In this document: positions 10,456-20,944 of the stretch, piece by piece
Layout: each line of letters begins with the position of its first letter
Position numbering within the stretch: position 1 is the stretch's first letter
DNA from: Arcobacteraceae bacterium
Lineage (GTDB): Bacteria > Campylobacterota > Campylobacteria > Campylobacterales > Arcobacteraceae
Assembly (NCBI GenBank): GCA_963662945.1
Contig: OY759974.1
Span: 1,920,001 to 1,984,000 of the forward strand
DNA length: 64,000 bases
Reading direction: 5' to 3'
Translations under genes and position numbers: made by a program
The notes under the pieces: model-generated
Seen by the model: only the letters and a program-made list of their open reading frames with translations
Told to the model about the DNA's origin: nothing
The model's database searches: none

Positions 10456-11352
10456 TTAAATCAATTTATAAAAAATGTAAGAGGTAGCAAAAGATAAAAT
10501 TGCTCCATATCCAATAATAGCAGAACTAAGTCTTGGAGCGAGTCCCGCAGCACTTGCCATTGCACCTGCTGTTATCATAGGAGCCATGGCGGCTTCTAAT
10601 ATAGAAACTTTACTTGCAAGATTATCCCAAGAAAAGATTGTACAAATTGTTATGGCAATAATAGGAGCAATTATAAGTTTCACAAGTAGAGCAATACTTA
10701 ATGGTTGAAGATCATTTTTTGGTAGTTTAAATTGTAGTTGTAAACCAACAGCAACTAATGCTACAGGGACAACAGTTGCTGACAAAGATGTTAAAAGAGA
10801 TTCAATAGCGGTATGAAATTGAGTACCAATAAAAAATAGTGCAAAACACAATGCTATAAATGGAGGGAAAGTGATCACTTTATATGATATCATCGAAATT
10901 GTAATTTTGCTTTTTGCACTATAATATGCCGCTATAAAAGTTCCATAAGTTGCCAATGCTAAAAAAATTCCCAATTGGTCATATACCATAATATAAGGTA
11001 AGGCATTAACCCCATAAAAAGCTTCAATAATAGGAATTCCAAAAAAAGAGCTATTTGTTAAAACAGCAACTAACATCAAAGCACCCGTTATCTCTTTTGA
11101 AAAGTTTAGTAATTTTGAAAGAAACAATATAATAACTGCAGAGCAGATGATTACAGACCAAGAGATAATAATAGGTATAAGAATATCAAAAGAGAGAGTA
11201 AGCTTTGGTATTTGTAATAAAATCATAGCTGGAAGAGAAATATATATTACAAATTTATTCAATAGAGCAGCTGATTCTTGTGGAAAAACATTAAACTTAT
11301 TAAAACAATAACCAATAAAAATAGTAAAAAATATGAGTATGAAATTTTCCAT
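10456..11352 (-). CDS. AEC (auxin efflux carrier) family membrane transporter
   Basis: Polytopic; LNKFVIYISLPA, NSSFFGIP, EAAMAP. Confidence 0.85.
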   Translation of the reverse strand: MENFILIFFTIFIGYCFNKFNVFPQESAALLNKFVIYISLPAMILLQIPKLTLSFDILIPIIISWSVIICSAVIILFLSKLLNFSKEITGALMLVAVLTNSSFFGIPIIEAFYGVNALPYIMVYDQLGIFLALATYGTFIAAYYSAKSKITISMISYKVITFPPFIALCFALFFIGTQFHTAIESLLTSLSATVVPVALVAVGLQLQFKLPKNDLQPLSIALLVKLIIAPIIAITICTIFSWDNLASKVSILEAAMAPMITAGAMASAAGLAPRLSSAIIGYGAILSFATSYIFYKLI

Positions 11353-11418
11353 TGAAAAAAGGACCTTTTTATCTTTGATATTATATTTGAAGTTGTGAAA
11401 TGGTATTATATCATTATC

Positions 11419-13047
11419 ATGATAACAAAAGACTCAATAGAAAACTTAAAATCTCACCTTGATGTTGTTGACATTATATCTCAGTTTATTGAGCTAAAAA
11501 AAAGTGGAGCAAATTTTAAGGCGTGTTGTCCTTTCCATGGAGAAGATACACCATCTTTTGTAGTAAGTCCAACGAAACAAATTTATCATTGTTTTGGTTG
11601 TGGAGTAGGTGGAGATAGTATAAAGTTTGTGATGGAATATGAAAAGCTTTCATATCCAGAAGCTATAGAAAAGTTAGCTTCCATGACAAATGTATCATTA
11701 CAGTATGACAATGATGCAAAAAAAGTTGATTTATCTATTATTACAAAAGTAAATAATCATTATCAGAAACTTTTAGTATATCACCCAAATGCTATGGATT
11801 ATTTAAAAAGTAGGGGTGTTTCTTCCTCATCAATAGAAAAGTTTGAGATAGGCTATGCAAGTAGTTCTCAAGATACTATTAATTATCTCAAAACTAACTT
11901 CTTAAATTTAGCAGATGCAAAAGAATTTGGGATTATAGATAGTGGGCAAAATGGTTTATATGCGAGATTTATAGATAGAATAACATTCCCTATATATACA
12001 ATTAATGGAAATATTGTTGGATTTGGTGGACGAACTATCACTGGACACAATGCAAAATATGTAAACTCACCACAAACAAAATTTTTTAATAAATCAAGAT
12101 TATTATATGGATATAATATTGCAAAAGAGGCAATATATAAACAAAAAACAATTATTGTAACAGAAGGATATCTTGATGTTGTGATGCTTCATCAAGCTGG
12201 ATTTTCAAATACTGTAGCAACTCTTGGAACAGCATTGACACAAGAACATCTTCCTTTATTAAAAAGAGGTGAGCCTAAAATTATTGTCGCTTATGATGGA
12301 GATAATGCTGGATTAAATGCAGCATATAAAGCAAGTTTACTTTTAAGTCATAGTAATTTTAATGGTGGAGTTGTGATTTTTAAAGAGGGACAAGATCCTG
12401 CTGATATGGTTGTTGGAAATGCAATAGATGAACTAAATTCAATGTTTTCAAATCCACAACCTTTTATCCCTTTTGTAATAGATTACATAATAAAAAAATA
12501 TAATCTTGAAAATCCGCAAGAGAAGCAACAAGCATTACAAGAATCAAATGATTATTTAAAAACATTAAATCCTATTTTACAAGAAGAATATCAAAGTTTA
12601 GTCGCTAGAAAACTTAATGTAAATTCTCAACTTGTACAAGTACAACATTTTAATAATCAAAGAGTAACTCAAGTAAATCTAACTTCAATTAATATTTCAG
12701 AGTTAAGTATTATTAAGACAATATTAGATAATCCTTCCTTACTCAATGTAGTAAAAGCTGAATTAGAACCCGATATGTTTGAAACTCATGCAAATGAATA
12801 TAATATTTTATTACAAGATATTAATGACCCAAGTTTACATGGACTGATGCTGAATGAACATATTATTTCCTATACAAAAGAAGAGCTTGATAGTCAACTG
12901 AAAATATTACTTGTGCCATATTACAAGAAAAAATTACAACAATTAAAATTTGATGAAACAATTGATTTTAAAATTAAGGCTAGAAAAACTATAGAGTTCA
13001 AACATAAATTAATTGAATTAAATAGTAAAAAACTTATTGCAGTTTAA
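11419..13047 (+). CDS. dnaG: DNA primase
   Basis: CHC2 zinc finger CCPFH..CFGC, KYVNSP, TOPRIM EGYLDV and YDGDNAG; start moved to ATG 11419. Confidence 0.95.
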   Translation: MITKDSIENLKSHLDVVDIISQFIELKKSGANFKACCPFHGEDTPSFVVSPTKQIYHCFGCGVGGDSIKFVMEYEKLSYPEAIEKLASMTNVSLQYDNDAKKVDLSIITKVNNHYQKLLVYHPNAMDYLKSRGVSSSSIEKFEIGYASSSQDTINYLKTNFLNLADAKEFGIIDSGQNGLYARFIDRITFPIYTINGNIVGFGGRTITGHNAKYVNSPQTKFFNKSRLLYGYNIAKEAIYKQKTIIVTEGYLDVVMLHQAGFSNTVATLGTALTQEHLPLLKRGEPKIIVAYDGDNAGLNAAYKASLLLSHSNFNGGVVIFKEGQDPADMVVGNAIDELNSMFSNPQPFIPFVIDYIIKKYNLENPQEKQQALQESNDYLKTLNPILQEEYQSLVARKLNVNSQLVQVQHFNNQRVTQVNLTSINISELSIIKTILDNPSLLNVVKAELEPDMFETHANEYNILLQDINDPSLHGLMLNEHIISYTKEELDSQLKILLVPYYKKKLQQLKFDETIDFKIKARKTIEFKHKLIELNSKKLIAV

Positions 13048-13111
13048 AAGAATTATTAATAGGTTTTGTGTATAATTGCAAAAATTTATAACTATAAAGA
13101 AAAGGAAATTT

Positions 13112-13495
13112 ATGGAGTTATTACATTCAGATAATGCACCAGCAGCAATCGGACCATACTCACAAGCAGTTAGAGTTAATGGTTTATTATATACATCAGG
13201 TCAAATCGCATTAAAAGTTAATGGTGAAATGGTTGAAAATGATATTAAGAAACAAACAAGACAAATCTTTGCAAATCTTGGTGCAATCTTAGAAGATAAT
13301 CACACAAGTTTTGAAAATGTTGTAAAAATTAATATTTTTTTAACAGATATGAATGATTTTGGTGTTGTAAATGTAATTATGGCAGAAGTTTTTGGATTAC
13401 ATAAGCCTGCAAGAAGTACAATTGAAGTTGCTGGATTACCGAAAAATGCTATGATTGAGATGGATTTAATAGCAACTGTTGCTGATTATCATTAA
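13112..13495 (+). CDS. ridA: RidA/YjgF family enamine/imine deaminase
   Basis: APAAIGPYSQAV, SGQI, PARS, LPKNAMIE; RBS AAGGA before ATG 13112. Confidence 0.9.
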   Translation: MELLHSDNAPAAIGPYSQAVRVNGLLYTSGQIALKVNGEMVENDIKKQTRQIFANLGAILEDNHTSFENVVKINIFLTDMNDFGVVNVIMAEVFGLHKPARSTIEVAGLPKNAMIEMDLIATVADYH

Positions 13496-13568
13496 ATAAT
13501 TTCTCTTAAAGAAAGTTTAAAGTAATTTTCAGTATAATTCGCTTCATAAATTTTAAGAGGATAAGCTA

Positions 13569-13877
13569 ATGTACGCAATTATCAAAACAGGTGGAAAACA
13601 ATATAAAGTATCAGAAGGTGATATTTTAAATGTTGATTTATTAAGTAAAGCACCTAAAGAAACTGTAGAATTCACAGAAGTAATAGCTGTAAACGATGGT
13701 AAAGCATTAACAACTGGTGAAGCAGTAGCAAGTGCTAAAGTTACAGCTGAGGTTATCGTTGAAGGTAGAGACAAAAAAGTTGTTATCTACAAAAAACGAA
13801 GAAGAAAAGATAGTAAACTTAAAAGAGGTTTCAGAAGAAGCTTCACAAAAGTTAAGATTACTAAAATAGCAGCATAA
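13569..13877 (+). CDS. rplU: 50S ribosomal protein L21
   Basis: [14 protein letters not shown]. Confidence 0.98.
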   Translation: MYAIIKTGGKQYKVSEGDILNVDLLSKAPKETVEFTEVIAVNDGKALTTGEAVASAKVTAEVIVEGRDKKVVIYKKRRRKDSKLKRGFRRSFTKVKITKIAA

Positions 13878-13887
13878 GGAATATAAA

Positions 13888-14142
13888 ATGGCTCACAAGA
13901 AAGGTCAAGGTAGTACTAACAATAATAGAGACTCAGCTGGTAGAAGACTAGGAGTTAAAAAATTTGGTGGAGAATCAGTAGTAGCTGGTAATATCATTTT
14001 AAGACAAAGAGGTACAAAAGTACACGTAGGTGCTAATGTTGGAATTGGAAAAGATCATACAATCTATTCTTTAATAGACGGTGTTGTTAAATTCGAGCAA
14101 AAAGATAAAAAAAGAAAGAAAGTTTCTGTTTACGCTTCGTAA
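13888..14142 (+). CDS. rpmA: 50S ribosomal protein L27
   Basis: [23 protein letters not shown]. Confidence 0.98.
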   Translation: MAHKKGQGSTNNNRDSAGRRLGVKKFGGESVVAGNIILRQRGTKVHVGANVGIGKDHTIYSLIDGVVKFEQKDKKRKKVSVYAS

Positions 14143-14167
14143 TCAAACTTTTTTAATAACTTGAATT

Positions 14168-14205
14168 TAAAGGGTATTGAGGAATTTTCCTTGATACCCT
14201 TTTTT
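14168..14205 (+). terminator. Intrinsic terminator after rpmA
   Basis: AGGGTATTGAGG-AATTTT-CCTTGATACCCT stem (G-U pairs) followed by T run. Confidence 0.8.
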
Positions 14206-14215
14206 AATTAGATAC

Positions 14216-14280
14216 AGTGCTAAGTGCTAAGTGCTAAGTGTTAACATAATATTAACACTTAGCACTCAATACTTAACACT
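14216..14280. repeat. Inverted array of 7-bp tandem repeats upstream of obgE
   Basis: (AGTGCTA)3-AGTGTTA-A, loop CATAATA, then T-TAACACT-TAGCACT-CAATACT-TAACACT. Confidence 0.9.
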
Positions 14281-14295
14281 ACTAGGAGAATAATT

Positions 14296-15396
14296 ATGTT
14301 TGTAGATAGTGCTAGTTTTTCAGTTAAATCTGGAAAAGGTGGAGCAGGATGTGTTTCATTTAGAAAAGAAAAATTTGTGGTTCAAGGTGGACCAGATGGT
14401 GGAGATGGTGGAAAAGGTGGAGATGTTTACTTTGAAGTAGACAACAATACTGATACACTTTCAAACTATAAAGGTTGTCATCATGTGAAGGCAGATAATG
14501 GACAACCAGGTATGGGGCGTAATTGTAGTGGAAAATCTGCAAAGCCTATAGTATTAAAAGTGCCACCTGGAACGCAAGTTATTGATGAAGAAACAGAAGA
14601 AGTTTTATTTGATTTAACAGAAGATAAACAAAAAGTATTGTTTCTTGAAGGTGGAAAAGGTGGTTTAGGAAATACACACTTTAAAAATTCAAGAAATCAA
14701 ACACCAACATATGCACAGCCAGGACTTATGGGTGAAAAAAGGCTTATAAGATTAGAGTTAAAACTTATAGCAGATGTTGGAGTTGTAGGTTATCCAAATG
14801 TTGGTAAATCAACATTAATATCAACAATCTCAAATGCAAAACCACAAGTGGCAAACTATGAGTTTACAACACTTACTCCAAAATTAGGTGTTGTTGAAGT
14901 TGGAGATTATAACTCTTTTGTTGCAGCAGATATTCCTGGTATTATTGAAGGTGCTGCCGAAGGAAGAGGACTTGGTATTGAGTTTTTAAAACATATTGAA
15001 AGAACAAAAACACTTCTTTATATGATTGATATGGCAAATTATAGAGAGATGTTGGATCAATATAAAGTTTTAAAAGAAGAAGTTGCTAAATTTTCACCTG
15101 AATTAGCAAGTAGAAAATTTGCAATTGCATTAACAAAAATAGATGCAATACCAGCTGAAGAGTTAAATGAAAAGGTTGATGGTTTTATAAAAGCAATTGG
15201 TCTAAGAACAACAAATGAGAATAGTTTTGCATTTGAAAAAGAAAAAAACTATTTTATTCAAGATTTAACATATAATAGATATGATGAAACTTTACCATAT
15301 TTTGTGTTGCCAATATCTTCTGCGACAAGACAAAATATAGAACCTCTTAAATTTGCATTATATGATTTAATAAGTAGGGATAAATGCGTAGAATAG
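14296..15396 (+). CDS. obgE: GTPase ObgE/CgtA
   Basis: [35 protein letters not shown]. Confidence 0.97.
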   Translation: MFVDSASFSVKSGKGGAGCVSFRKEKFVVQGGPDGGDGGKGGDVYFEVDNNTDTLSNYKGCHHVKADNGQPGMGRNCSGKSAKPIVLKVPPGTQVIDEETEEVLFDLTEDKQKVLFLEGGKGGLGNTHFKNSRNQTPTYAQPGLMGEKRLIRLELKLIADVGVVGYPNVGKSTLISTISNAKPQVANYEFTTLTPKLGVVEVGDYNSFVAADIPGIIEGAAEGRGLGIEFLKHIERTKTLLYMIDMANYREMLDQYKVLKEEVAKFSPELASRKFAIALTKIDAIPAEELNEKVDGFIKAIGLRTTNENSFAFEKEKNYFIQDLTYNRYDETLPYFVLPISSATRQNIEPLKFALYDLISRDKCVE

Positions 15397-16142
15397 TATT
15401 AAAAGTTGGAAGTGCTGTTTTAACACAAGATGGTAAAATTGCACATAGACGATTAGATAATTTAGTTGAATTTATTGCTTCATTACAAAAAAAATATGAA
15501 GTTATACTTGTAAGTTCTGGTGCAGTTGCAGCTGGATATACACTCCTTAATCTTGATAAAAAAATTGTATCCAATAAACAAGCACTAGCTTCAATTGGAC
15601 AACCTTTATTGATGCATACATATAGAACAGAGTTTGCTAAATATGATATTATCTGTTCTCAAGTTTTAATTGAAGCAACAATATTTACAGATGAAAAAAG
15701 ATTACAGCATTCAAAAGATGCTATTAATAAATTATTGGAAAATAAAGTAATTCCAATCATTAATGAAAATGATGTAACTGCAATTGAAGAACTTGTATTT
15801 GGTGATAATGACCAATTAGCTGCTTATGTTACACATCATTTTGATTGTGAATTGTTAACAATTCTTACAGATATTGATGGTTTTTATGATAAAAACCCTC
15901 ATGAAAATAGCGATGCAAAATTACAAAAAATAGTACATTCAATTGATAGTGAATTATTACAACAAAAACATAGTGCAAATAGTGAGTTTGCTACAGGTGG
16001 AATTGTGACAAAACTAAAAGCAGCTGATTTTTTAATACAAAATAATAAAAAGATGTTTTTAACAAGTGGATTTGATTTACATTGTGCAAAAGAGTACCTT
16101 CTTGAAAATATTCACAACAATGGAACTTTATTTAAAGCATAA
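15384..16142 (+). CDS. proB: Glutamate 5-kinase
   Basis: [40 protein letters not shown]. Confidence 0.95.
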   Translation: MRRIVLKVGSAVLTQDGKIAHRRLDNLVEFIASLQKKYEVILVSSGAVAAGYTLLNLDKKIVSNKQALASIGQPLLMHTYRTEFAKYDIICSQVLIEATIFTDEKRLQHSKDAINKLLENKVIPIINENDVTAIEELVFGDNDQLAAYVTHHFDCELLTILTDIDGFYDKNPHENSDAKLQKIVHSIDSELLQQKHSANSEFATGGIVTKLKAADFLIQNNKKMFLTSGFDLHCAKEYLLENIHNNGTLFKA

Positions 16143-16159
16143 GAATAAAAGGGATAGCA

Positions 16160-17083
16160 ATGAACAAGCAACAACGAATAGTATTTATGGGAACACCAGA
16201 TTATGCTACAATAATTTTTCAAGAGTTGCTAAAAAACGATTATAATATAGTAGCACTTTTTACACAACCAGATAAGCCAGTTGGTAGAAAACAAGAATTA
16301 ACACCTCCTCATATTAAAAAGTTTTGTTTAGAAAATGGCTTGAGCTTACCAATATATCAGCCTAATTCATTAAAAGAGAAAAGTACTATTGATAATATCC
16401 GTGCGTTACAACCTGATATTATTATAGTAGCTGCTTTTGGTCAAATATTACCAAAAGATGTTTTAGATATTGCTCCTTGTATTAATCTTCATGCCTCACT
16501 TCTTCCTTTATATAGAGGTGCAAGTCCAATACAACAATGTTTACTTAATGATGATAAACTTACGGGCGTAACTGCTATGTATATGGATGTAGGACTTGAT
16601 AGTGGAGATATTTTAGGATATAAATATACTAAAATATCTAAAGATACTATAGTAGCTGAGCTTTTTGAAAGATTATCAACAATTGCTGCACAACTTACTA
16701 TTGAAATCTTAGAAAGATTTGAAAGTTTAAATCCAAAAAAACAAGATTTATCGTTAGTCTCTCATTGTAAAAAAGTAAATAAAAAAGATGGATTGATTCA
16801 GTTTAATGATGTCAATGTTGTATATAATAAATATAGAGCATATAAAACATGGCCAGATATATATTTAGAAAGTGGCTTAAAGATAATAAATTGTGAATTA
16901 ATGGAAGCTCATTCACAAAATACACCAGCACAAATAATAGCAATTGAAAAAACATATATTATAGTTGGGTGTGGAAAAGGAACAATAAAAATAATTGATG
17001 TTCAACCACAATCAAAAAAACAAATGAATGTTGTTGATTATATTAGAGGAGCGAGGTTAGAAGTTGGAGATTGTATATCTTAA
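16160..17083 (+). CDS. fmt: Methionyl-tRNA formyltransferase
   Basis: IVFMGTP, TQPDKPVGR, INLHASLLP.YRGASPIQ. Confidence 0.95.
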   Translation: MNKQQRIVFMGTPDYATIIFQELLKNDYNIVALFTQPDKPVGRKQELTPPHIKKFCLENGLSLPIYQPNSLKEKSTIDNIRALQPDIIIVAAFGQILPKDVLDIAPCINLHASLLPLYRGASPIQQCLLNDDKLTGVTAMYMDVGLDSGDILGYKYTKISKDTIVAELFERLSTIAAQLTIEILERFESLNPKKQDLSLVSHCKKVNKKDGLIQFNDVNVVYNKYRAYKTWPDIYLESGLKIINCELMEAHSQNTPAQIIAIEKTYIIVGCGKGTIKIIDVQPQSKKQMNVVDYIRGARLEVGDCIS

Positions 17084-17699
17084 AAGCGTAGATTCCACAC
17101 ATAAATATTTACAAAAACATATTGCCACTGCTGGATATACCCATCCACTTATAGTCGTAACACAAAATCAAACAGATGGCATAGGAAGTAGAAACAATCA
17201 ATGGATTGGTTGTGAGGGTAATCTTTTTTTCTCTTTTGTTATTGATAAGAGTTATATCCCTGATGATTTACTAGTACAATCTTATTCTATATATTTTAGT
17301 TTTCTTTTAAAAGAGATTTTGGCTCAAAATGGTTCAAACATTTGGTTAAAATGGCCAAATGATTTTTATATTGATGAATCAAAAGTTGGTGGAGTTATTA
17401 CAAATCTTAAGGGTGATTTAATATATTGTGGTATTGGTTTAAATCTTCTTAATATAGAGGATTTATATAGTGCTCTGGATATAGAGATTGATGTAGAAAC
17501 ACTTTTAAAAGAGTATAGTAAATCAATTGAAGAAAAAAAATCTTGGAAGCAAATATTTAGTAAGTTTTCGATAGAATTTGAAAAAAGCAAAGTTTACAAA
17601 ACAACAATAAATGATAAAAAAGTCTCACTTAAGACAGCAGAATTAGACAGTGATGGCTCTATAATTATAGATAATAAAAAGGTATTTAGTTTAAGATGA
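17064..17699 (+). CDS. birA: Biotin--protein ligase
   Basis: VDSTH, QTDGIGSRNNQW, LKWPND, KVGG. Confidence 0.9.
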   Translation: MEIVYLKSVDSTHKYLQKHIATAGYTHPLIVVTQNQTDGIGSRNNQWIGCEGNLFFSFVIDKSYIPDDLLVQSYSIYFSFLLKEILAQNGSNIWLKWPNDFYIDESKVGGVITNLKGDLIYCGIGLNLLNIEDLYSALDIEIDVETLLKEYSKSIEEKKSWKQIFSKFSIEFEKSKVYKTTINDKKVSLKTAELDSDGSIIIDNKKVFSLR

Positions 17700-18475
17700 C
17701 GGAAGTTATAACAATCGCAAACCAAAAGGGTGGTGTAGGTAAAACTACTACTGCTGTTAATTTAAGTGCAGCTTTAGCCCTGGAAGGGAAGAGAGTTCTT
17801 TTACTTGATGCAGATCCACAATCAAATGCTACAACAAGTCTTGGATTTCACAGAGATTCTTATGAATACAATTTATATCATGTAATGTTAGGTACGAAAG
17901 ATTTACAAGATATTGTTTTAGATGTAAAAGATATTGAAAATCTTTTTGTTGCACCCTCAAATATTGGTTTAGTAGGGATTGAAAAAGAGTTTTATAAAAA
18001 TACTAAAGACCGAGAATTAGTATTAAAAAGAAAAATTGATCCTATAAAAAATGATTATGATTTCATCATTATTGATTCACCACCGGCACTTGGACCACTT
18101 ACAATTAATACATTAAGTGCTGCAACATCTGTACTTATACCAATTCAATGTGAATTTTTTGCACTTGAAGGATTAGCACAACTTTTAAATACAGTTAAAT
18201 TAATTCGGCAAACTATAAATAGGCAACTAGATATTAAAGGTTTTTTACCAACAATGTATAGTGCTCAGAATAATTTATCAAAACAAGTATTTTCGGATCT
18301 TGCAAAACATTTTGAATCAAAACTATTTAAATTAAATGATGAATCATACGTTGTTATTCCTAGAAATATTAAACTAGCAGAAAGTCCAAGTTTTGGAAAA
18401 CCAATTATGTTGTATGATGAAAAGTCAAGTGGAACAAAAGCTTACATTAATTTAGCAAAATCTATTTTGAGATAA
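17696..18475 (+). CDS. parA: ParA/Soj partition ATPase
   Basis: ANQKGGVGKTTT, DADPQSNAT, LAESPSFGKP. Confidence 0.95.
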   Translation: MTEVITIANQKGGVGKTTTAVNLSAALALEGKRVLLLDADPQSNATTSLGFHRDSYEYNLYHVMLGTKDLQDIVLDVKDIENLFVAPSNIGLVGIEKEFYKNTKDRELVLKRKIDPIKNDYDFIIIDSPPALGPLTINTLSAATSVLIPIQCEFFALEGLAQLLNTVKLIRQTINRQLDIKGFLPTMYSAQNNLSKQVFSDLAKHFESKLFKLNDESYVVIPRNIKLAESPSFGKPIMLYDEKSSGTKAYINLAKSILR

Positions 18476-18485
18476 AGGGTTATTT

Positions 18486-19346
18486 ATGGCATTAGGTAGA
18501 GGATTAGGTGAATTATTAGGGGAAATCGAAACAGCTTATGTAAATAATAATGATCTAAATAGAAGTAATATACTCGAATTACATGTCGATGATATACAAC
18601 TAAATCCTTATCAACCAAGAAAAATCTTTAATGAAGAAAAACTAAAAGAACTTAGTGATTCAATAGTTAAAAATGGTCTAATGCAACCCATTGCTGTAAC
18701 AAGAGATGGTGATAAATATATTTTAATTGCAGGTGAGAGAAGACTTAGAGCTACCAAACTTGCTGGTATTACACTTATAAAAGCTATTATATTTGATGTA
18801 GATAATAGTAAATTAAGAGAACTTGCACTTATTGAAAATATCCAAAGAGATGATTTAAATGTAATAGAAGTTGCATATTCTTATGCTGGTTTAATCAATG
18901 ATTATAAAATCACTCACGAAGAATTAGCAAATATCGTATCGAAAAGTAGAAGTAGTATATCAAATATTTTACGATTATTAACATTAAGTAACTATACACA
19001 AAAAATGTTAGGCAGTGAAAAAATTTCACTTGGACATGCAAAACTTATTGTTGGATTAAGTGAAGATGAACAAAAATTAGTTGTTGATTCGGTAATTGGA
19101 CAAAAGTTAAGTGTACGAGAAACAGAAGTTTTAGTAAAAAAAATTAAAGATTCTACAGAAAATACACAAGAAAGTGTAAAAAAAATAAACAATAAGTTGA
19201 ATATAGATTATAAGCCTCTAGACAGCTTAAAAAAAGAGCTTAGTAGTAAAAATTTAGAAATAAAAGTTGATAAAAATTACTTTAAAATCAAAATTAACTC
19301 TCAAGAAGATATAGAAAATATCGTTAATTATTTTCAAAATCAATAA
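18486..19346 (+). CDS. parB: ParB/Spo0J partition protein
   Basis: ALGRGL, NPYQPRK, IAGERRLRA, ENIQR, HTH region. Confidence 0.95.
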   Translation: MALGRGLGELLGEIETAYVNNNDLNRSNILELHVDDIQLNPYQPRKIFNEEKLKELSDSIVKNGLMQPIAVTRDGDKYILIAGERRLRATKLAGITLIKAIIFDVDNSKLRELALIENIQRDDLNVIEVAYSYAGLINDYKITHEELANIVSKSRSSISNILRLLTLSNYTQKMLGSEKISLGHAKLIVGLSEDEQKLVVDSVIGQKLSVRETEVLVKKIKDSTENTQESVKKINNKLNIDYKPLDSLKKELSSKNLEIKVDKNYFKIKINSQEDIENIVNYFQNQ

Positions 19347-19444
19347 AAATCATAACCAGCTTTAATATAAATTATAGTTTCCTTTCGGTACAATACCCGC
19401 AAGTTTTAGTGTAACTAAACTGTAAAAATTGTATGGAGAAATAG

Positions 19445-19867
19445 ATGTTAGACATAAGTCCAATATTGCTACTTGGTTCAGGTTTAGTGTTTTTATTAGT
19501 ACTTGCAAGGCTAAATAGCTGTCTTTACAAGCCTTTATTTAAGCATATGGATGATAGAGATTTACAAATTAAAACAGATTTGGAAAACTCTAAAAGCAAT
19601 GCAGCAGAGGTAGAAGGTATGCTTGAGGAAGCCAATAGTATTATTGCTCAAGCTAAAAAAGAGGCTTTTTCAATTCGTGAAAAAGCTAAAGCAGAGGCTA
19701 TGGATTTAGCAGAAACAAAATTTTCAGAAGCAAAAGTTATGATGGATAGTAAGTATGAACAATTTATCAATACACTTGCAGATGAAAAAGTTGCTTTAGA
19801 AAAATCTTTAGTTTCTAACTTGCCTCTATTTAAAGAAGGCTTAAAAGCTAAGCTAAGCACAATATAA
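19445..19867 (+). CDS. ATP synthase F0 subunit b'
   Basis: N-terminal TM plus coiled coil, LYKPLFKHMDDR; first gene of atp block. Confidence 0.9.
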   Translation: MLDISPILLLGSGLVFLLVLARLNSCLYKPLFKHMDDRDLQIKTDLENSKSNAAEVEGMLEEANSIIAQAKKEAFSIREKAKAEAMDLAETKFSEAKVMMDSKYEQFINTLADEKVALEKSLVSNLPLFKEGLKAKLSTI

Positions 19868-19880
19868 GGTGGTAGGAAGA

Positions 19881-20393
19881 ATGAAGAGAATTTTATTTAT
19901 GATGTTGGTTGCGTCACCATTAGCATTATTTGCTAATGATGCTAATGTGCAAACTGATATTTTAGAAAGAACAGTGAACTTCTTTATTTTCGTTGCTATT
20001 TTATATTATTTGTTAGCAGATAAATTAAAAACGTTTTTTACTGATAGAACAAAATCTATTCAAGCCGAATTAGATAAAGTTCAAGAGATGGTTAAAGAAT
20101 CAGAAAAAAAAGTTCTTAATGCTAAGCAAGAAATTGAAAATGCGAAAAAAATTGCTGATGAATTAATCTCATCTGCAAACAATGATGTAGAAGCAATAAA
20201 AAGAAAAATAGAAGTTGCTATGGAAAAAGATATAGCTAATCTATCTAAAAGTTTTGATGAAAAAACAGAACTTGAAACAAAAAAAGTAAAACGAGAAGTG
20301 GTTCAAAGTGTACTTGATCAATTATTAAGTAATGAAAATATAGATTTAACTCAAGAAGAGTTAACAAATATTGTATTGAAAAAGGTTGCTTAA
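19881..20393 (+). CDS. atpF: ATP synthase F0 subunit b
   Basis: TDILERTVNFFIFVAILYY; position; ATG 19881 after AGGAAG. Confidence 0.9.
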   Translation: MKRILFMMLVASPLALFANDANVQTDILERTVNFFIFVAILYYLLADKLKTFFTDRTKSIQAELDKVQEMVKESEKKVLNAKQEIENAKKIADELISSANNDVEAIKRKIEVAMEKDIANLSKSFDEKTELETKKVKREVVQSVLDQLLSNENIDLTQEELTNIVLKKVA

Positions 20394-20924
20394 ATGGTTG
20401 AATTAGTTGCAAAAAGATACGTTAAAGCTTTGATGACTCAAAGAGATAATGACAGTTTGAATTCAGTTTATAATGAATTAGTAACAATAGCATCTGCATT
20501 TAATGATGAAAAATTTGTTTCAATTATAGCTTCAACAGATATTGCTGTTGAAATAAAAGTTGAATTAATAGTATCATTTTTAAATAATGGTAGTGTTACA
20601 GTTGTTAATTTAGTAAAACTTCTTGCTGAAAAGAAAAGATTAGATATTATCCCAGAGATAGTAAAAGAATTAAAAAAAGAATTAGCAGTTTTAAATAACT
20701 CTTATACAGGGATTGTTTATACAAATAAAGAGTTAAGCTCTGAAGATATGAATAAACTTAACGGACAATTTTCTAAAAAATTCAATGTTAATTTATCATT
20801 ATCACAAAATGTATGTGACTATGACGGTATAAAAGTTGATATAGATGGACTAGGGTGTGAGGTTGCTTTCTCTAAAGAGAGATTAAAATCACAAATGATT
20901 GATCATATTTTAAAAGCAGTTTAG
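20394..20924 (+). CDS. atpH: ATP synthase subunit delta
   Basis: VAKRYVKAL, LLAEKKRL; position. Confidence 0.9.
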   Translation: MVELVAKRYVKALMTQRDNDSLNSVYNELVTIASAFNDEKFVSIIASTDIAVEIKVELIVSFLNNGSVTVVNLVKLLAEKKRLDIIPEIVKELKKELAVLNNSYTGIVYTNKELSSEDMNKLNGQFSKKFNVNLSLSQNVCDYDGIKVDIDGLGCEVAFSKERLKSQMIDHILKAV

Positions 20925-20944
20925 AAAAATAAAGGAGAATTTGA

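Noticed and set aside
14216-14280. Repeat array considered as CRISPR
   Set aside because: 7-bp units, no spacers, no cas genes
17696-19444. parS site near parAB
   Set aside because: No TGTTTCACGTGAAACA-like palindrome found by eye
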